The notes: generated from the sequence alone by a model not told the origin. 64,000 bases of DNA from Octopus vulgaris (GCA_951406725.2 OX597823.1:9052001-9116000); one strand, 5' to 3'. Positions 1 to 14,596 are shown, numbered from the stretch's first letter. Made by a program: numbers and translations.

Positions 1-24
1 CCCAGGGTTTATTCGTCGTAAGCC

Positions 25-160
25 TCGTAAACACAGCAAGATCGGTTGTCAAGCGATGGGGGTGGGTACAAACACAAACACACAAATATACGACAGGCTT
101 CTTTCGGTTTCTTTCTGCCAAATCCACTGACTAGGCTTTGGCCTGCCTTAGGGTATAGTA
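25..160 (-). mobile_element. Internal fragment of tRNA-derived SINE family A
   Basis: gtaaacac..atcggttgtcaagcgat..gacaggcttctttc..ccaaatccact matches the body of the full copies at 14196 and 45210. Confidence 0.7.
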
Positions 161-1387
161 CATATATATATATACAAAGATATATACATATATACATACA
201 TACCTAAATATGTATATATATATACATATATACAAAGATATGCATATATACATACATATATATATAGAGAGAGAGATATATATTGACACACATACATGTA
301 TGTATATACTAGTGTACAATGTTGTGGTTTTATAATAACGTGTGTATGTGTGTGTGTGCGTGCATGTGTGTTCATATACACGACCGTGTATTTTCAAGCA
401 TTCATAGGCAAACAACATCTTGAAGAAATAAGACGTGACATGTCTCAAAAGTGGACTAAATTGTAAATACTTTTAATTTTCCAGTAACTATATTTCTTTA
501 AGCGAACGATTTGTTTCGAGAGTTAATCAATTTATCACATATAGTCATATTAAATTTTAGCCGGAGTACCCAACATTTGAAAAGTAATATAGTTTCTTAG
601 CCATTCTTTTTTTTGTAGGTGTTTTCACTAACTCGGCCACCTTTACAAATGATGTACTTTGATTGGCCGCATGCCTTAAAATCTCTTCCCCTTTTTGGAA
701 AATTTGTATTTATTTCGAAATCTTTCGTTTCATACAATTGTGTTTAAAATGGCCAAGTTTCATAACAATGCACAATTGGGTAATATTATGTCATACATGA
801 TGCATGTGTAATTACGTTTTGTGAATCCATTCTTATTTGTTCACTTATTTGTACACAAACAGGACACGGACATATACACACACATATATGCATACGCTCA
901 AATACATACATATCAGTGAATATAAATATTTATGTAAGTATATTGCATAAAGGCCGAAGGGTATCACTGATAAAGAAAGAAAAATGTGAAAGAGGAATGT
1001 GTGGATCACAGATATGCGCGTATCTCTTCACGTGACCCTGATATATATATGGATAAATCAAATCAAGACGGAGGTCAGTACAAATTGCTAAAATATATCG
1101 CAAGTAGAAACTCTCTATCCGAATTAATGTATACATATACACAGAGAAATATGTATGCATATGTGTATGTGTGTGTCTAGGTTTGTATGTATGTATGCAT
1201 ACGTGGAGAATCTATAAGTGATAATCTAGAAGTTTGGAGGTACACACGAGAAATTGAACTAAACAGTCAAAGAGATTATAGATGTATAGTCAGATAGTGT
1301 TTACACCTAATAACAAATCATATATGGATGCATTTATCTACGCATCTATACACGCACGCCCACACAAATATAGTACCCAAACACGCC

Positions 1388-3140
<1,753 letters not shown>

Positions 3141-3599
3141 ATGTATAACACACGCACACTTGCCGCACTCGCGCGCACACACACACTCCTACACACAGAT
3201 ACGATTGAGGGAACAAATGAAAGTATCATTCAACTGAATGTAAGGATGTATATAATTTTAATAATATAGGAACATGCAAGTCAACCTAGTTCAATATAGT
3301 GGTCCTCTGCTCTTTAATATCAAAATCTTACCCCTCAAATCATCAGACGTTGGTAATCATGTCGCTAAAATTAGGGATCTCGATATCAGTTTCATCATAA
3401 CGCTAGAAAATCAATTCTGGTTCACGATGATTTCTATTCGGGAAAGAGGGAAGGCGTCCTTCTGTTCGATTTATCGATGAGAAGCACAACGGGACTGATG
3501 TCACTGACCCCTACGTATCAAACATCGCGCGCTAATATAGAGAGTTATACACACCTAAACAGCCTCGAACCCACACCACAACCCGTTTCTAACAAAACC

Positions 3600-3905
3600 C
3601 TTATAACTGTTGACTGGGCAGATTCTGTATCTCCAAGGTCATAGTTTATAGAGCCAACTTCACATCAATGGATAAAATTACAAGACACTTCACGGGCATG
3701 AGAGCTGATAACTTTAATGGAATGTATGCATAGCACATGAGCTCCACCACAACCAGTTATAAGGGAAACTACACTTCCCTGTCTCACTTTATCTCAAGAC
3801 TGCCTGACCACCAAATGACTTCCTCTACATCAAATGGATTATCCTAGACAGAGGCCGTCCTTACTCACTCGGAGTTCGATATTGCCAACCAACAAGAAGA
3901 ATGAG
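3600..3905 (+). pseudogene. Decayed Penelope-like element GIY-YIG endonuclease domain
   Basis: Frameshifted translation VYRANFTS..RHFTGM..NF..Y..H.SS..NYTSLSHFI..IKWIILDRGRPYS..C follows the PLE pattern VY.A/Y.G.T/FK.RY.NH/T.LS/IKW.IL..A.PY..C. Confidence 0.65.
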
Positions 3906-3921
3906 CAATTATACTGTTAGT

Positions 3922-4098
3922 TCTACATTTAAGAGATGTTTACATTATTTACATTATTGACATTATTTACAATTGACGGATATTTGTCCTCATTTGGTTT
4001 GTTGTTAACACAACGTTTTGGCTGATATACACTCCAGTCTTCATCGGGTGTCTTGGGGAAATTTCTAAGGTATTTTTCGATGTTGTTGTAGTTGTTTC

Positions 4099-4174
<76 letters not shown>

Positions 4175-4192
4175 TTAATTTTTTTATTATTA

Positions 4193-4276
<84 letters not shown>

Positions 4277-4331
4277 TCACTGCCTGGAATCGAACTTGGA
4301 ATCTTGGGGTTAGTAGCCCGCGTTCTTAACC
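3922..4331 (-). mobile_element. SINE family E copy (tRNA head + (AAT)n + hammerhead tail), left arm of an inverted dimer
   Basis: Reverse complement of 4332-4740; head lacks the first ~20 nt; ribozyme core mutated (ccgatga..caaaac). Confidence 0.85.
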
Positions 4332-4413
4332 CACGGGCATATAGCATAGTGGTTAAGAGCGCGGGCTACTAACTCTTAGATGCCGAGTTCGATTCCAGGC
4401 TGTGACCTGAATG

Positions 4414-4493
<80 letters not shown>

Positions 4494-4740
4494 GTGAAAG
4501 CACGCTATATAAAACTACTGAATAATAATAATAATAATAATAATAATGATAATAATAATAATAATAATAATGATAATAGCAACAACAACATCGAAAAATA
4601 CCTTAGGAATGAGAACCCAGGTTCGAAATTTCTCCAATACACCTGATGAAGGCTGGAGGGCATATCAGCCGAAACGTTGTGTCAACAACAAACAAGATGA
4701 GGACAAATAACCGTCAATTGCAAATAATGTAAATAATGTT
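4332..4740 (+). mobile_element. SINE family E copy (tRNA head + (AAT)n + hammerhead tail), right arm of an inverted dimer
   Basis: A box tagcatagtgg (~4342), B box gagttcgattcc (~4385); tactgttagt repeated at 3912-3921 and 4741-4750 flanks the dimer. Confidence 0.85.
4639..4682 (+). ncRNA. Minimal type I hammerhead ribozyme motif
   Basis: acac-CTGATGA-a-ggctg(gagggcatat)cagcc-GAAAC-GT-T-gtgt: stem I acac/gtgt, stem II ggctg/cagcc, minimal stem III. Confidence 0.75.
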
Positions 4741-5950
4741 TACTGTTAGTATCAGATATACGCCCTGCTAATGAACAAGTCACGTGTAGCTGTCAGCCTA
4801 GATATACCAACGTAGACATAACTGTTCCCCACACAGAGGCTGGGTACTTAATAATTACCACTCGTATAGATTACAGTCTGTCCATTTCGATCATGAAATC
4901 TCGGTTGTAATTCAACATCTCAAATTTCGTTATACCGTAAAAACTGCTGCCGCTGATAAATTTTTACTTCGACGAAAGGCGACTGGGCTATAAACTCGTA
5001 TCAACATCCTACCCAACAATGTCCAAATATCAAATAGAAAGAACTGATATCAACCGTAGCCGCGAGCCAAAATGGTGCCAGCGCATTGCCAAAGTGATGT
5101 GTGAACACGTGGGGTTAAAAGTAAAGAAAATATACAGTGTCGCATTTATACCAAGTTCTTACGAAGAGCAAAATGCAAGACTGCTGTCAAAGTGATACTT
5201 TGCGATATCACATTCAATATGAGTAAAGAAAATATAATTCAGAAGTGAATTAAAATAGAAATGTAAAGTCGAAAATTAAAAAATTAGAACGGACGACAAG
5301 TATGAGAAGCTTCTATGTGTATGAGTAATCATCCAATTAAAAGTGGTAATATAATTTTCAACAGAAGTACAAATTTAATTAACTTTAATAAAATAGTGGA
5401 TTCGTATAATTTGTAGGATGTGCATCAAAATGAATTAAAATAAATTGAGGATAATTAAATCTAAGTTTGCATCATAAAATTGGTGTGTTCAACCTGAGAA
5501 ACTACCCAGTTAAAAAAACTGGGTTTATGATTTGGAATTGCGTTGATTCTCCGATATCTGATTACACTGCAGGAACAACAGGGTGGAGAAAAAAGTAATT
5601 CTTGTTACTTGAAATATATTTCATTTGATAAAAATGAACTTTATTTTTTCAGATAAAAAGGAATATAATAAATTTACGATATTGTAATGTTTTATAATCC
5701 GCTTTACGCAAAGAGTGCTAATTAAATATTGAATATTTAGAGGGCAGAGAGGATTTTTTAAAGGAACCTTATCACTTTCCTAAGAAAGAGAATTGAAAAG
5801 GATTTTTACTGTTATCATAAGATTTTCGTAAAATATAATTTGATAGTTTACATTTCGTTTTTGGGGACTTGAAATTCCGCAACAACAGGCAAGTGAGTTT
5901 TTCTCGTTTTTATGTTTTAATTTGTTAAAGTGTGCCAAAAAAAAGATTAA

Positions 5951-7199
5951 TCCTTATCCTAACCCTATATATCAAACAAAGTTTGTAAGTGTGTGTATAT
6001 GTGTGCGTCTGTGTGTGGTGTCTATGTTCCTTAGAGATTCGGAAACTGAGTTCCGATTTTGACTTATAAGGTATCAAAATGTTCAATAATGAAGTATGTA
6101 TTTTGCACAACTATTTTTTACTACAAAAATAACCTCAAAAACGAGGTCATATTGCACGATTTTAAGGTAATTTTCGGGCAATATTTGAGTTTGCTTCTTA
6201 TCTAGGATGCTAATTTTAATACTTCTGGTGTCAAAAACTTCGGCAATGTACAAGGCGTGTTATGAGTGAATTTGCGACGCACAAAACCCTATTTGTCAAC
6301 GGAAAATGAACAAAAGTATGCATTTTCGGAAAAATTATTGGCATATTTTCCGTCAATAATGGCCTTTGTGTCACAATTAAATTGCCAATGTGAACGTCGT
6401 TAGTATTTCATGATTAAACAATGCTTTTGAAGTACTGTGATACCATTTCCTTGCACAAAACCCTATTTTTCAACAGAAAATTGACTAAATAATTGACTGG
6501 AATAATAGTGATCAGGTTTGGCATTACTACAGAAAAATTTGTCCATGTAGATTTTACTAATGGCAAACAACTCAGGATACTAAAGGCGTTCTCAGGTTTA
6601 AGTTAAATGAAATTTCCACAAGGATTAAGCACAGTAAGAGGCTATTTTCTTTTAAGTGTGATAAAGACGTGACGCAATGACTAAAGCCATTCAAGCTATT
6701 TTTGCCTTTAACATTTTGCTCTTCATTCAACCCAATTTATTCAAATTTGCTAATCATTATTAGTATATATTCATGCCTATCATTTATTCTATAAGCCACA
6801 AAGTTCGTAATGACTTTGTTACGACCTCCCTATTTTTTATTGGTTGAGCGTGTACTATAAAGCGGGTGGTGCGATGGAAAACAAATGTCTGACCTGATAA
6901 CCCCAGTGATGATAACACCGCGCATCTATGCGACGGAAAATTAAAGTCACATACACACATGAGTCCGCTCACTGTGCGAGCCCCTTCATTGGTCGGGATG
7001 CACACCATGTTCACTGACTGGTACAGTTTCAAATCAGATTTTCCTTATCAGAGACATGTACAGTAATACCAGTTGGTCGTGGTGTTACTGCGATCAACGA
7101 CACGGGCATTGTGTGTAATGTGTACGGAGTGCATTGTGTGTAATGTGTACGGAGTGCATTGTGTGTAATGTGTACGTTCCGCTTGCACTAGAAAATTGA

Positions 7200-7249
<50 letters not shown>

Positions 7250-7271
7250 CGATGCCAGGGTACATTGCTAG
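5951..7271 (+). mobile_element. Probable non-autonomous Helitron
   Basis: 5' TC..tatatat..(gt)n..ggaaac..ccgatttt start; 3' gcgatgccagggtacattgCTAG|T end; internal repeats acaaaaccctattt (6281, ~6455) and a 25-nt tandem repeat at ~7107-7156. Confidence 0.5.
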
Positions 7272-8435
7272 TCTTATATATAAAGGGAATTTGCGAGGGT
7301 GTCTTTGTAATACAATAAGCAAATTCTTTTACTTTAAAATCTCCTTTAAGCCCTCAGTTAATGCTGTTGATATAAGTTATAGGTATTTGAGAATTAACAA
7401 TATTTTGCTTCGGCGATTTAAATAATTTAGTCTGCGAACTGGGAATCTTCTTGTATTTGTGTTTTGAAGAGTATATTTTAGTAGTTGTTTGAAAAAGGGT
7501 GTCGTACCTTGTAAATAAAACAAGGCCCTATTTCACTTCATATGTCTGATTCTACGTTTAGTAATTGTTAAAATAGTGTTTTATTTATATTATACGTTTT
7601 CTGTATAGACGCTTGGATGATAGCGATAATCGTATTACTTATTGACAGCTCGCTTATTCAAAGATAAACTAGATCGTCTTAGGGAAGCATTCAAAACTAA
7701 ATACGTGTAATTCTATAAAGAGGATTGGATAATTTGGGAAAATAAATCTTTTGATTTTGCTTTTATAACATCAAGAAAGCTGGCGGTGTTTAGACGAGCT
7801 ACAACTATAATTGCAAAGTTAAATATTTGAAAAATTTATGAAGGTTCCTACGGCATCTGCTTGCAGTTTAGAGTTCAATGTTACTGGGTTATACCAGGCC
7901 ATCATCTTGACATTAATAAATTTAGACGAAGATATTTAAAACGCTATCCTCGAAAAATGTACTAGTCCTTTACAAAGAACATGAGACACATCTGAATACT
8001 GCTCCCACTTTTAGTCACAGTGCTGATGGTGCACATACATATATCATAGATCGTATTCAAGATTTTTTAGGCCAACACCCATTAACCTCTCGTGCACAGT
8101 ACTGCTGATTATACAACAAAAACTCCAGTAGCCTCTACATCTTGGTTATGAATGATCACTGCCACTATCACGCAGGTATTCTCGACTTCTCTCTTCTCCT
8201 GTAGTACATGCTCTCACCCACCTCTATGCACCACGCGAGCCACGTTTCTTTCTGTAAGTATCTATTTATAAATATCTAAGACAAAATTATGTATCTAACC
8301 AATTTCCGAGGTACTATCAAAGTAACAATAATAAACTCTATATTCAAAGTAGTAAAAAAAAACTCCAAATATCAAATGTATTAATTTCGATGCGACGATA
8401 AGAAAATAATGGCGCTCTCTCAAGACTAAACAATG

Positions 8436-8466
<31 letters not shown>

Positions 8467-8535
8467 CAAAATCTGTAAGATAACAAAAGAAAGAAAGAGA
8501 CCTCAATATTATGTAAATAGAGGAAATTTATCTAT

Positions 8536-8662
8536 AAAATAATATGTTACATTTACTCAATAGTCAAGATAAAACTCTGAGATGGTGTTGTGGATTTCCA
8601 CTTCGGCATCTGAAACTCAGAGTTTTATCTCGACTATTGAGTAAATGTAACATATTATTTTA
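8536..8662. repeat. Fold-back inverted repeat, ~45-bp arms
   Basis: aaataatatgttacatttactcaatagtcaagataaaactctgag / ctcagagttttatctcgactattgagtaaatgtaacatattattt. Confidence 0.9.
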
Positions 8663-10343
8663 TTTATAAAGGACTTTTCGCGAGCGTAAAACTAATACAC
8701 CTGCTTGTTGTTTATACACCTCTCTTCGTCTCTTGTTTTAATGTAAATTTCAACTATATATATATATATACATTTATACTCACACACACATACACATATA
8801 TATACACGCTATTTACACACCTATACACTCACTCACATATATCTGGCAGCGTTTGTGTGCGTGTGTATGTGTTTGTGCATGTGAGCACACATATATAACT
8901 ATGATCTATTTCCTATTCCCAATATCTCCTCATTTAGAAACCTATACTGGCTCCATAGAAACGTTTCCTTTTAGTCTTATGTCTCGCTTATGCAAGGAAT
9001 AAAAAGCTAAATGGCGCAGTGTAAGGGAAATGTACAGAGAATAAAAAATTAAACCCCATTATTCATCAGACCTACTATCTTAATTTTTCTTTTCTCAATT
9101 TCCTTTTTCTTATCTCTATATTAATAATTCTTTCTGTAACCGAAGAAAAACAAAATGCAAAATTATTGAATAGCAACAAAAAATTCTATTTGTACCCGAA
9201 AATAAAAGCTATTGAATAGTAAAATTTCATGAGATTTATACGATAATTTTCTCTTTTTTTTCTTCATCTTATAGAAAGTATTATTTGTTTGATAAACAAA
9301 CAATAACAAGCTGGACTGTTAAAGCGAGATGAACTGTTACAACAGAACGTATAACCATTCAGAAAGTCAGACATCAAACAGAGTATAAAGACACATTGAA
9401 ATCCAAAACTGAATGGAAAATGGAAAGAAATATATCAACAGCTGGAAAGATCCCTTGATGGAATAGTATATTCTATTAGGAGCCCTCTTTCCTATATACT
9501 TTCAAGGTTTATAAAGCCTATTGATAATAGCTTTTTTGCCATGCTTAATCTAAAGTGACTTTGTTTTAAAATATATCCTAACAGTATTTTACCAAACCTT
9601 GCAATGACATATTTTCGAAAGAATATATATATTTTTGAGTCAGGTTTTAACTCTTTTGTTTTCTAGCATTCTCGGTATCTCTTTTTTTAAATTTTATCTT
9701 CCTTAACCATAGTCTAATTTTAGCATCCATTACTAAATGTTGTTTTGGATTAAAACTATTACGATATTGTTTATTTCCATTTATCTTAGAGCAAATCTTT
9801 TAAATTTTGTTGATTTTTATTTTTAGTTATATTTCGAGAGCAATATCTATTCAAGGAATACCACAAAGTATGTTCTAAGATCATGGTAAGCCACTATAAA
9901 CATGAAGTTTCGATTCCACACTAAAGACAATATAATTCGCTTATGACGCTAATGCCCCTCGGGAGATCATGACACTCAAACATACCATTTCCTGTTAAGT
10001 AACAAACAAGTATGATTCTGTCTTGTAAGAGAAAAAAATATCTAGGGTAGTTTTTTTTTATACAGAAGGTATAATTAGTGGCTAATCAAATTTTGTGAGG
10101 GAGTTTCTATCCTGAGATAGTATTTTAAAGTATTTACTCATAACATGTGACAAGCCAAGTTATGTCGAGATCTTTATAGGTTATGCATGCAAAAGAAAAA
10201 CGTGCCTTTTAGCAAAATATATACAATAGCGTAAAGAAATTTTGGATTGGATCATTATATATAAATAGATTGCAAATAATTTTATATTTTATGGTTTAAT
10301 CAGTGAGGGAAGTGCAACATCCACCATATTTGGTTTAATTTTT

Positions 10344-10769
10344 CAAGTAACTGTGGGTTGTGTTATCACGATTGACATTGACTCTCAGGTGTTTTAAGAG
10401 AGTACTCGCCACCACGCCAGACGCAAAAAAGTTATAATCAAACTCCGCTAAATATACCTTAGATGCGAGTTGCGAGTGTTAACTAGGGAGACAGATTAAG
10501 TCTAACACATAAGACCTGAGAATACAAAGATCGAATACTGAAGAGAATCTCATCTGAGCCTGTAAGAACTCTACCAAGCCATTACTCTAGACTGATACTT
10601 ATTTTATCGACGGCAACCGAATGAAAATGTGAATTGCATTAATAGTACGCCAAGAGATGGAACGACTTCTAGGCATTTATCCAATGCCCAAGTAACTGTG
10701 GGTTGTGTTATCACGATTGACATTGACTCTCATGTGTTTTACGAGAACACTCGCCACCACGCCAGACGC
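10344..10769 (+). repeat. 81-bp direct repeat pair (10344-10424, 10689-10769)
   Basis: caagtaactgtgggttgtgttatcacgattgacattgactctca..ctcgccaccacgccagacgc occurs twice. Confidence 0.9.
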
Positions 10770-10873
10770 TAAAATACCGGTAAATATGTACATGCACACG
10801 TATAGAGTGCATGTACGTTAAGTATACGTGGTCGATAATGTTCATTACACTAGCGCTGGTATTATTATTTTTA

Positions 10874-10932
<59 letters not shown>

Positions 10933-10954
10933 ATTATTATTATTACTATTTTTT

Positions 10955-11405
10955 ATTCTTCTTTCAAATTTGCTTCCATTTCTTGCCGAGTGTCTTCCCG
11001 ACTCCTAGGGCAAAGAAACTCATAGTATACATTGGTAGGCCATTAAACCAAACTCAGTAGTTCGTTCATTTTAAATTAAAATACATGAGCAGCAACAGTT
11101 CTCACATCGACAATGCTCTTCTCAATACGTGTGATGTACCAGTTAAGACAATCTTTTGCACTTCTTGCAGGGATGGTAAGCCAGGGATCATTCTCATATA
11201 ATTTTCGGTTCCCTTCTTGATCATTCCTAGTGCTCCTACGATCACTGGTATTGTAACCGCCTTGAGATGCCACATTTTCTCAATTTCAATGAGCAGGTCT
11301 TTATATTTTCTGAGCTTGTCAAACTCTTTCGCCGAGATATTATGATCACAGGGGATGCTCATGTCGATCAATAAGCAAACTTTATTGTTTTGGTCTTTCA
11401 CAACA
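10955..11405 (-). mobile_element. 5'-truncated R4/Dong-clade non-LTR retrotransposon (RLE domain + 3' UTR)
   Basis: CLLIDMSIPCDHNISAKEFDKLRKYKDLLIEIEKMW..IPVIVGALG; (ATT)n on both sides. Confidence 0.9.
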
Positions 11406-11468
<63 letters not shown>

Positions 11469-11485
11469 GCTGTTGTTGTTATTAT

Positions 11486-11997
11486 TGAGTGACTGAGAGC
11501 GCAGCACATGCCATCAAAGTGACACTGGTGTACAAATATACGAAACCCAATATATCCATCATGACTATCTGTCTGAGAAGGATCACACTAGGCACGTGCA
11601 TCACATCTGTATGCGCGAGACATGGTGAGGGCATGACCTTGCCGGTGTGGCTCTGTTAAAATTTTTCTTCGGGTGATGTAGCCTATCCCGCTCAAAAGGT
11701 CCCTGAATAGGGGTTGGTTAAGGGTGTTGAACGAAACAACGAAACGCCCATGTTTCCAGAGGCAAATTACCAAAACCCTCGAGAATTCCCCTCCATGGCT
11801 ATGATGTTCCCCCACTACTAATACTACTTGTGATCAGAGACGCATACATCGTCAGCCACCAAGGAACATGCTCAACTGGCTAAGGTCAAACAACTGACAA
11901 GCAAATCTGTGGTATTGAGCAGAATATTTGCTGCAGCCAGTATTTTATCCCAAGACAAAACATCTACATGATAGCTCTTCCAATCAGTTAAGATCAG
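11486..11997 (-). mobile_element. Non-autonomous interspersed repeat family J
   Basis: Homologous to 51697-52087 (gtcaaacaactgacaagcaaatctgtggtattgagcagaatatttgctg..); abuts (ATT)n. Confidence 0.75.
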
Positions 11998-12137
11998 TTC
12001 ATGTTTAACAGCGTTTCATCAGTCTTTACGTTATAAGTTCAACTTTGCCTTTCATCCTTCCGACTTCTTTCTGCCGAGGTCAGCTTTGCCTTTTTCCTTC
12101 TCCTAAGAAGCTGCTGTGCCTAATTTGAAACCATCAT

Positions 12138-12205
12138 GCTTCTTCTCTCTTCTTCTTCTTCTTCTTCTTCTTCTTCTTCTTCTTCTTCTTCTTCTTCTTC
12201 TACTT

Positions 12206-12257
<52 letters not shown>

Positions 12258-12272
12258 TACCACTACAACTAC

Positions 12273-12335
<63 letters not shown>

Positions 12336-12388
12336 CACTACTACTACCACTACTACTACAACTACTACTACTTCATCTTCTTCTTCTT

Positions 12389-12425
<37 letters not shown>

Positions 12426-12457
12426 CACTACTACTACAACTACTACTACTTCTTCTT

Positions 12458-12508
<51 letters not shown>

Positions 12509-12560
12509 TTACTACTACTACTTCTACTACTACTACTACTTCGGCTACTACTACTGCTGC
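12138..12560. repeat. Compound (CTT)n/(CTA)n microsatellite
   Basis: Direct reading. Confidence 0.95.
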
Positions 12561-12578
12561 CGCTGTTCCGGCAGCTGG

Positions 12579-12792
12579 CCCTCCTCCTCCTGCTGTCTCC
12601 CTTCCTCCTCCAGCTATCCCTCTTCCTCCTCCTGCTGTCTCTCTTCCTCCTGCTGTCCTTCTTCCTCCTCCTGCTGCCCCCCTCTATATGCTTTCTTCCT
12701 CCTCCAGCTATCCCTCTTCCTCCTCCTGCTGTCTCTCTTCCTCCTGCTATTCTGTCTCTTCCTCCTGCTATTCCGTCTCCTCCTCCTGCTGC
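12579..12792. repeat. 21-bp minisatellite (cctcctcctgctgtctctctt-like)
   Basis: About 10 diverged units. Confidence 0.85.
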
Positions 12793-13481
12793 CCTGTTAT
12801 TGTTGCTATTGTTGCTACTGTTGCTGTCATCTCTAAATTGCCTGTCCAAAATTTATCTCCCATGTACCTTACCTCGTCTCTTAAACATCCATACAAATAG
12901 ATATTGGCACCCCCTCCCCTCCAATCACCTCCAACATCATATATTTTCGTTTGTTAACATCAGAAATCACCATTACTATTATTTACTGACATAAAATAAT
13001 ATTCCCATTATTATCATATCCACTTCTATAACTATTATCATCACCTCGTTTCGTATCATTATACCTACCATCAAATGAGTCATCGGATCAATGTGTATGT
13101 GTAAGTGTGTGTGTGTGTGAATGTGTGCGTTTGTGAGTGTGTGTGTGGGTGTGTGTGAATATATTTACGGTTCTGCACGATATTGATGTTTTGTTTAGTC
13201 CCAGACTCTTAGTCTGAGAGTCACAGTTCGCAATGGTTATTGGGATAATTGCTGCAGTGATATCAAATTATCTGGTTATATGATTGGATATCAATGAAAC
13301 AATCCTGAAATTAAAGGTTCGTCAGATATCTCGAATTATATTATTATATTATATACACTCTTTTAGGCAATTTAGAGATGACAGCAACAGTAGCAACAAT
13401 AGCAACAATAACAGGGCAGCAGGAGGAGGAGACGGAATAGCAGGAGGAGGAGACAGAATAGCAGGAGGAGGACAGCTGTAG

Positions 13482-13700
13482 AGGCGCAATGGCCTAGTGG
13501 TTAGGGCAGCGAACTCGCGGTCGCAGGATCGCGGTTTCGATTCTCAGACCGGGCGTTGTGTGTGTTTATTGAGCGAAAACACCTAAAAGCTCTACGAGGC
13601 TCCGGCAGGGGGTGGTGATCCCTGCTGTACTCTTTCACCACAATGGCGGTGCCCCAGCATGGCCACAGCTCAAGAGCTGAAACTGGAAAAACAAAAAAAA
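13482..13700 (+). mobile_element. tRNA-derived SINE, head C with family-A-like tail
   Basis: A box tggcctagtgg, B box ggtttcgattc; tail ggcggtgccccagcatggccacagc..gctgaaac followed by an A-rich end. Confidence 0.85.
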
Positions 13701-14195
13701 ACAAACAAAAACTCTATGCTTATGTCTGTGTACAGACATTTGTTTCTATGCCAATGTACGTAAATGTATGTTCAGCTTAATATGAAATGAGAAGCGCGTA
13801 TAGGTTTGTCTATACTTATTTTTGTGAGTTCATTTTATACAAACATACAGACACGGACACATACAAACTCACAGAGATATTGGACGGAAAACTTAAATAA
13901 ATAAAAAAACCAGTAGTACATGTAATGCTTGTATAAATGCACTATTTAGATTGTGAACGCAATTAATTTAGTTGGATCAAGGCGTTTGTAAGCATGTACT
14001 GCCATAATTCACCATACTAAATAAAAACATACATGTATAATTGTAGACTGTTTCGTGAGATTGCAGAATTGATTTTAATCCCTGTCGCAGATGTGGATCC
14101 AATGTTTCAGAAGGTAAATTAAAGATTCAGTATTCAGACAAGAAGCCTATATTGGTCGCATATATCAAAACTAAATTTCACCTCATCTTTAATTA

Positions 14196-14596
14196 CTCTT
14201 TTACTTGTTTCAGTCATTTGACTGCGGCCATGCTGGAGCACCGCCTTTTAGTCGAGCAAATCGACCCCAGGACTTATTCTTTGTAAGCCCAGTACTTATT
14301 CTATCGGTCTCTTTTGCCGAACCGCTAAGTGACGGGGACGTAAACACACCAGCATCGGTTGTCAAGCAATGCTAGGGGGACAAACACAGACACACACACA
14401 CACACACATATATATACATATATACATATATACGACAGGCTTCTTTCAGTTTCCGTCTACCAAATCCACTCACAAGGCATTGGTCGGCCCGGGGCTATAG
14501 CAGAAGACACTTGCCCAAGATGCCACGCAGTGGGACTTAACCCGCAACCATGTGGTTGGTTAGCAAGCTACTTACCACACAGCCACTCCTGCACCT
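14196..14596 (-). mobile_element. Full-length tRNA-derived SINE family A
   Basis: Minus strand reads ggtgcaggagtggctgtgtgg (A box)..gggttaagtccc (B box)..cttgggcaag; internal (TA)/(TG) tract; gtaaaaga tail; about 10 copies or fragments in the window. Confidence 0.9.

Noticed and set aside
3274-3480. GPLLFNI..KIRDLDISF (+, CR1-like) versus DAFPLSRI (-, Gypsy-like)
   Set aside because: Short, conflicting motifs; too decayed to assign.
12116-12994. Long ORFs resembling a mucin (poly-S/T, PPPAVSL) or a poly-Leu protein
   Set aside because: Pure trinucleotide and 21-bp repeats are open in several frames on both strands; no unique coding context.
13482-13555. tRNA-like sequence with A and B boxes (also 4336, 20730, 22110)
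   Set aside because: Continues into multi-copy SINE bodies and lacks a proper acceptor stem; these are SINE heads, not tRNA genes.
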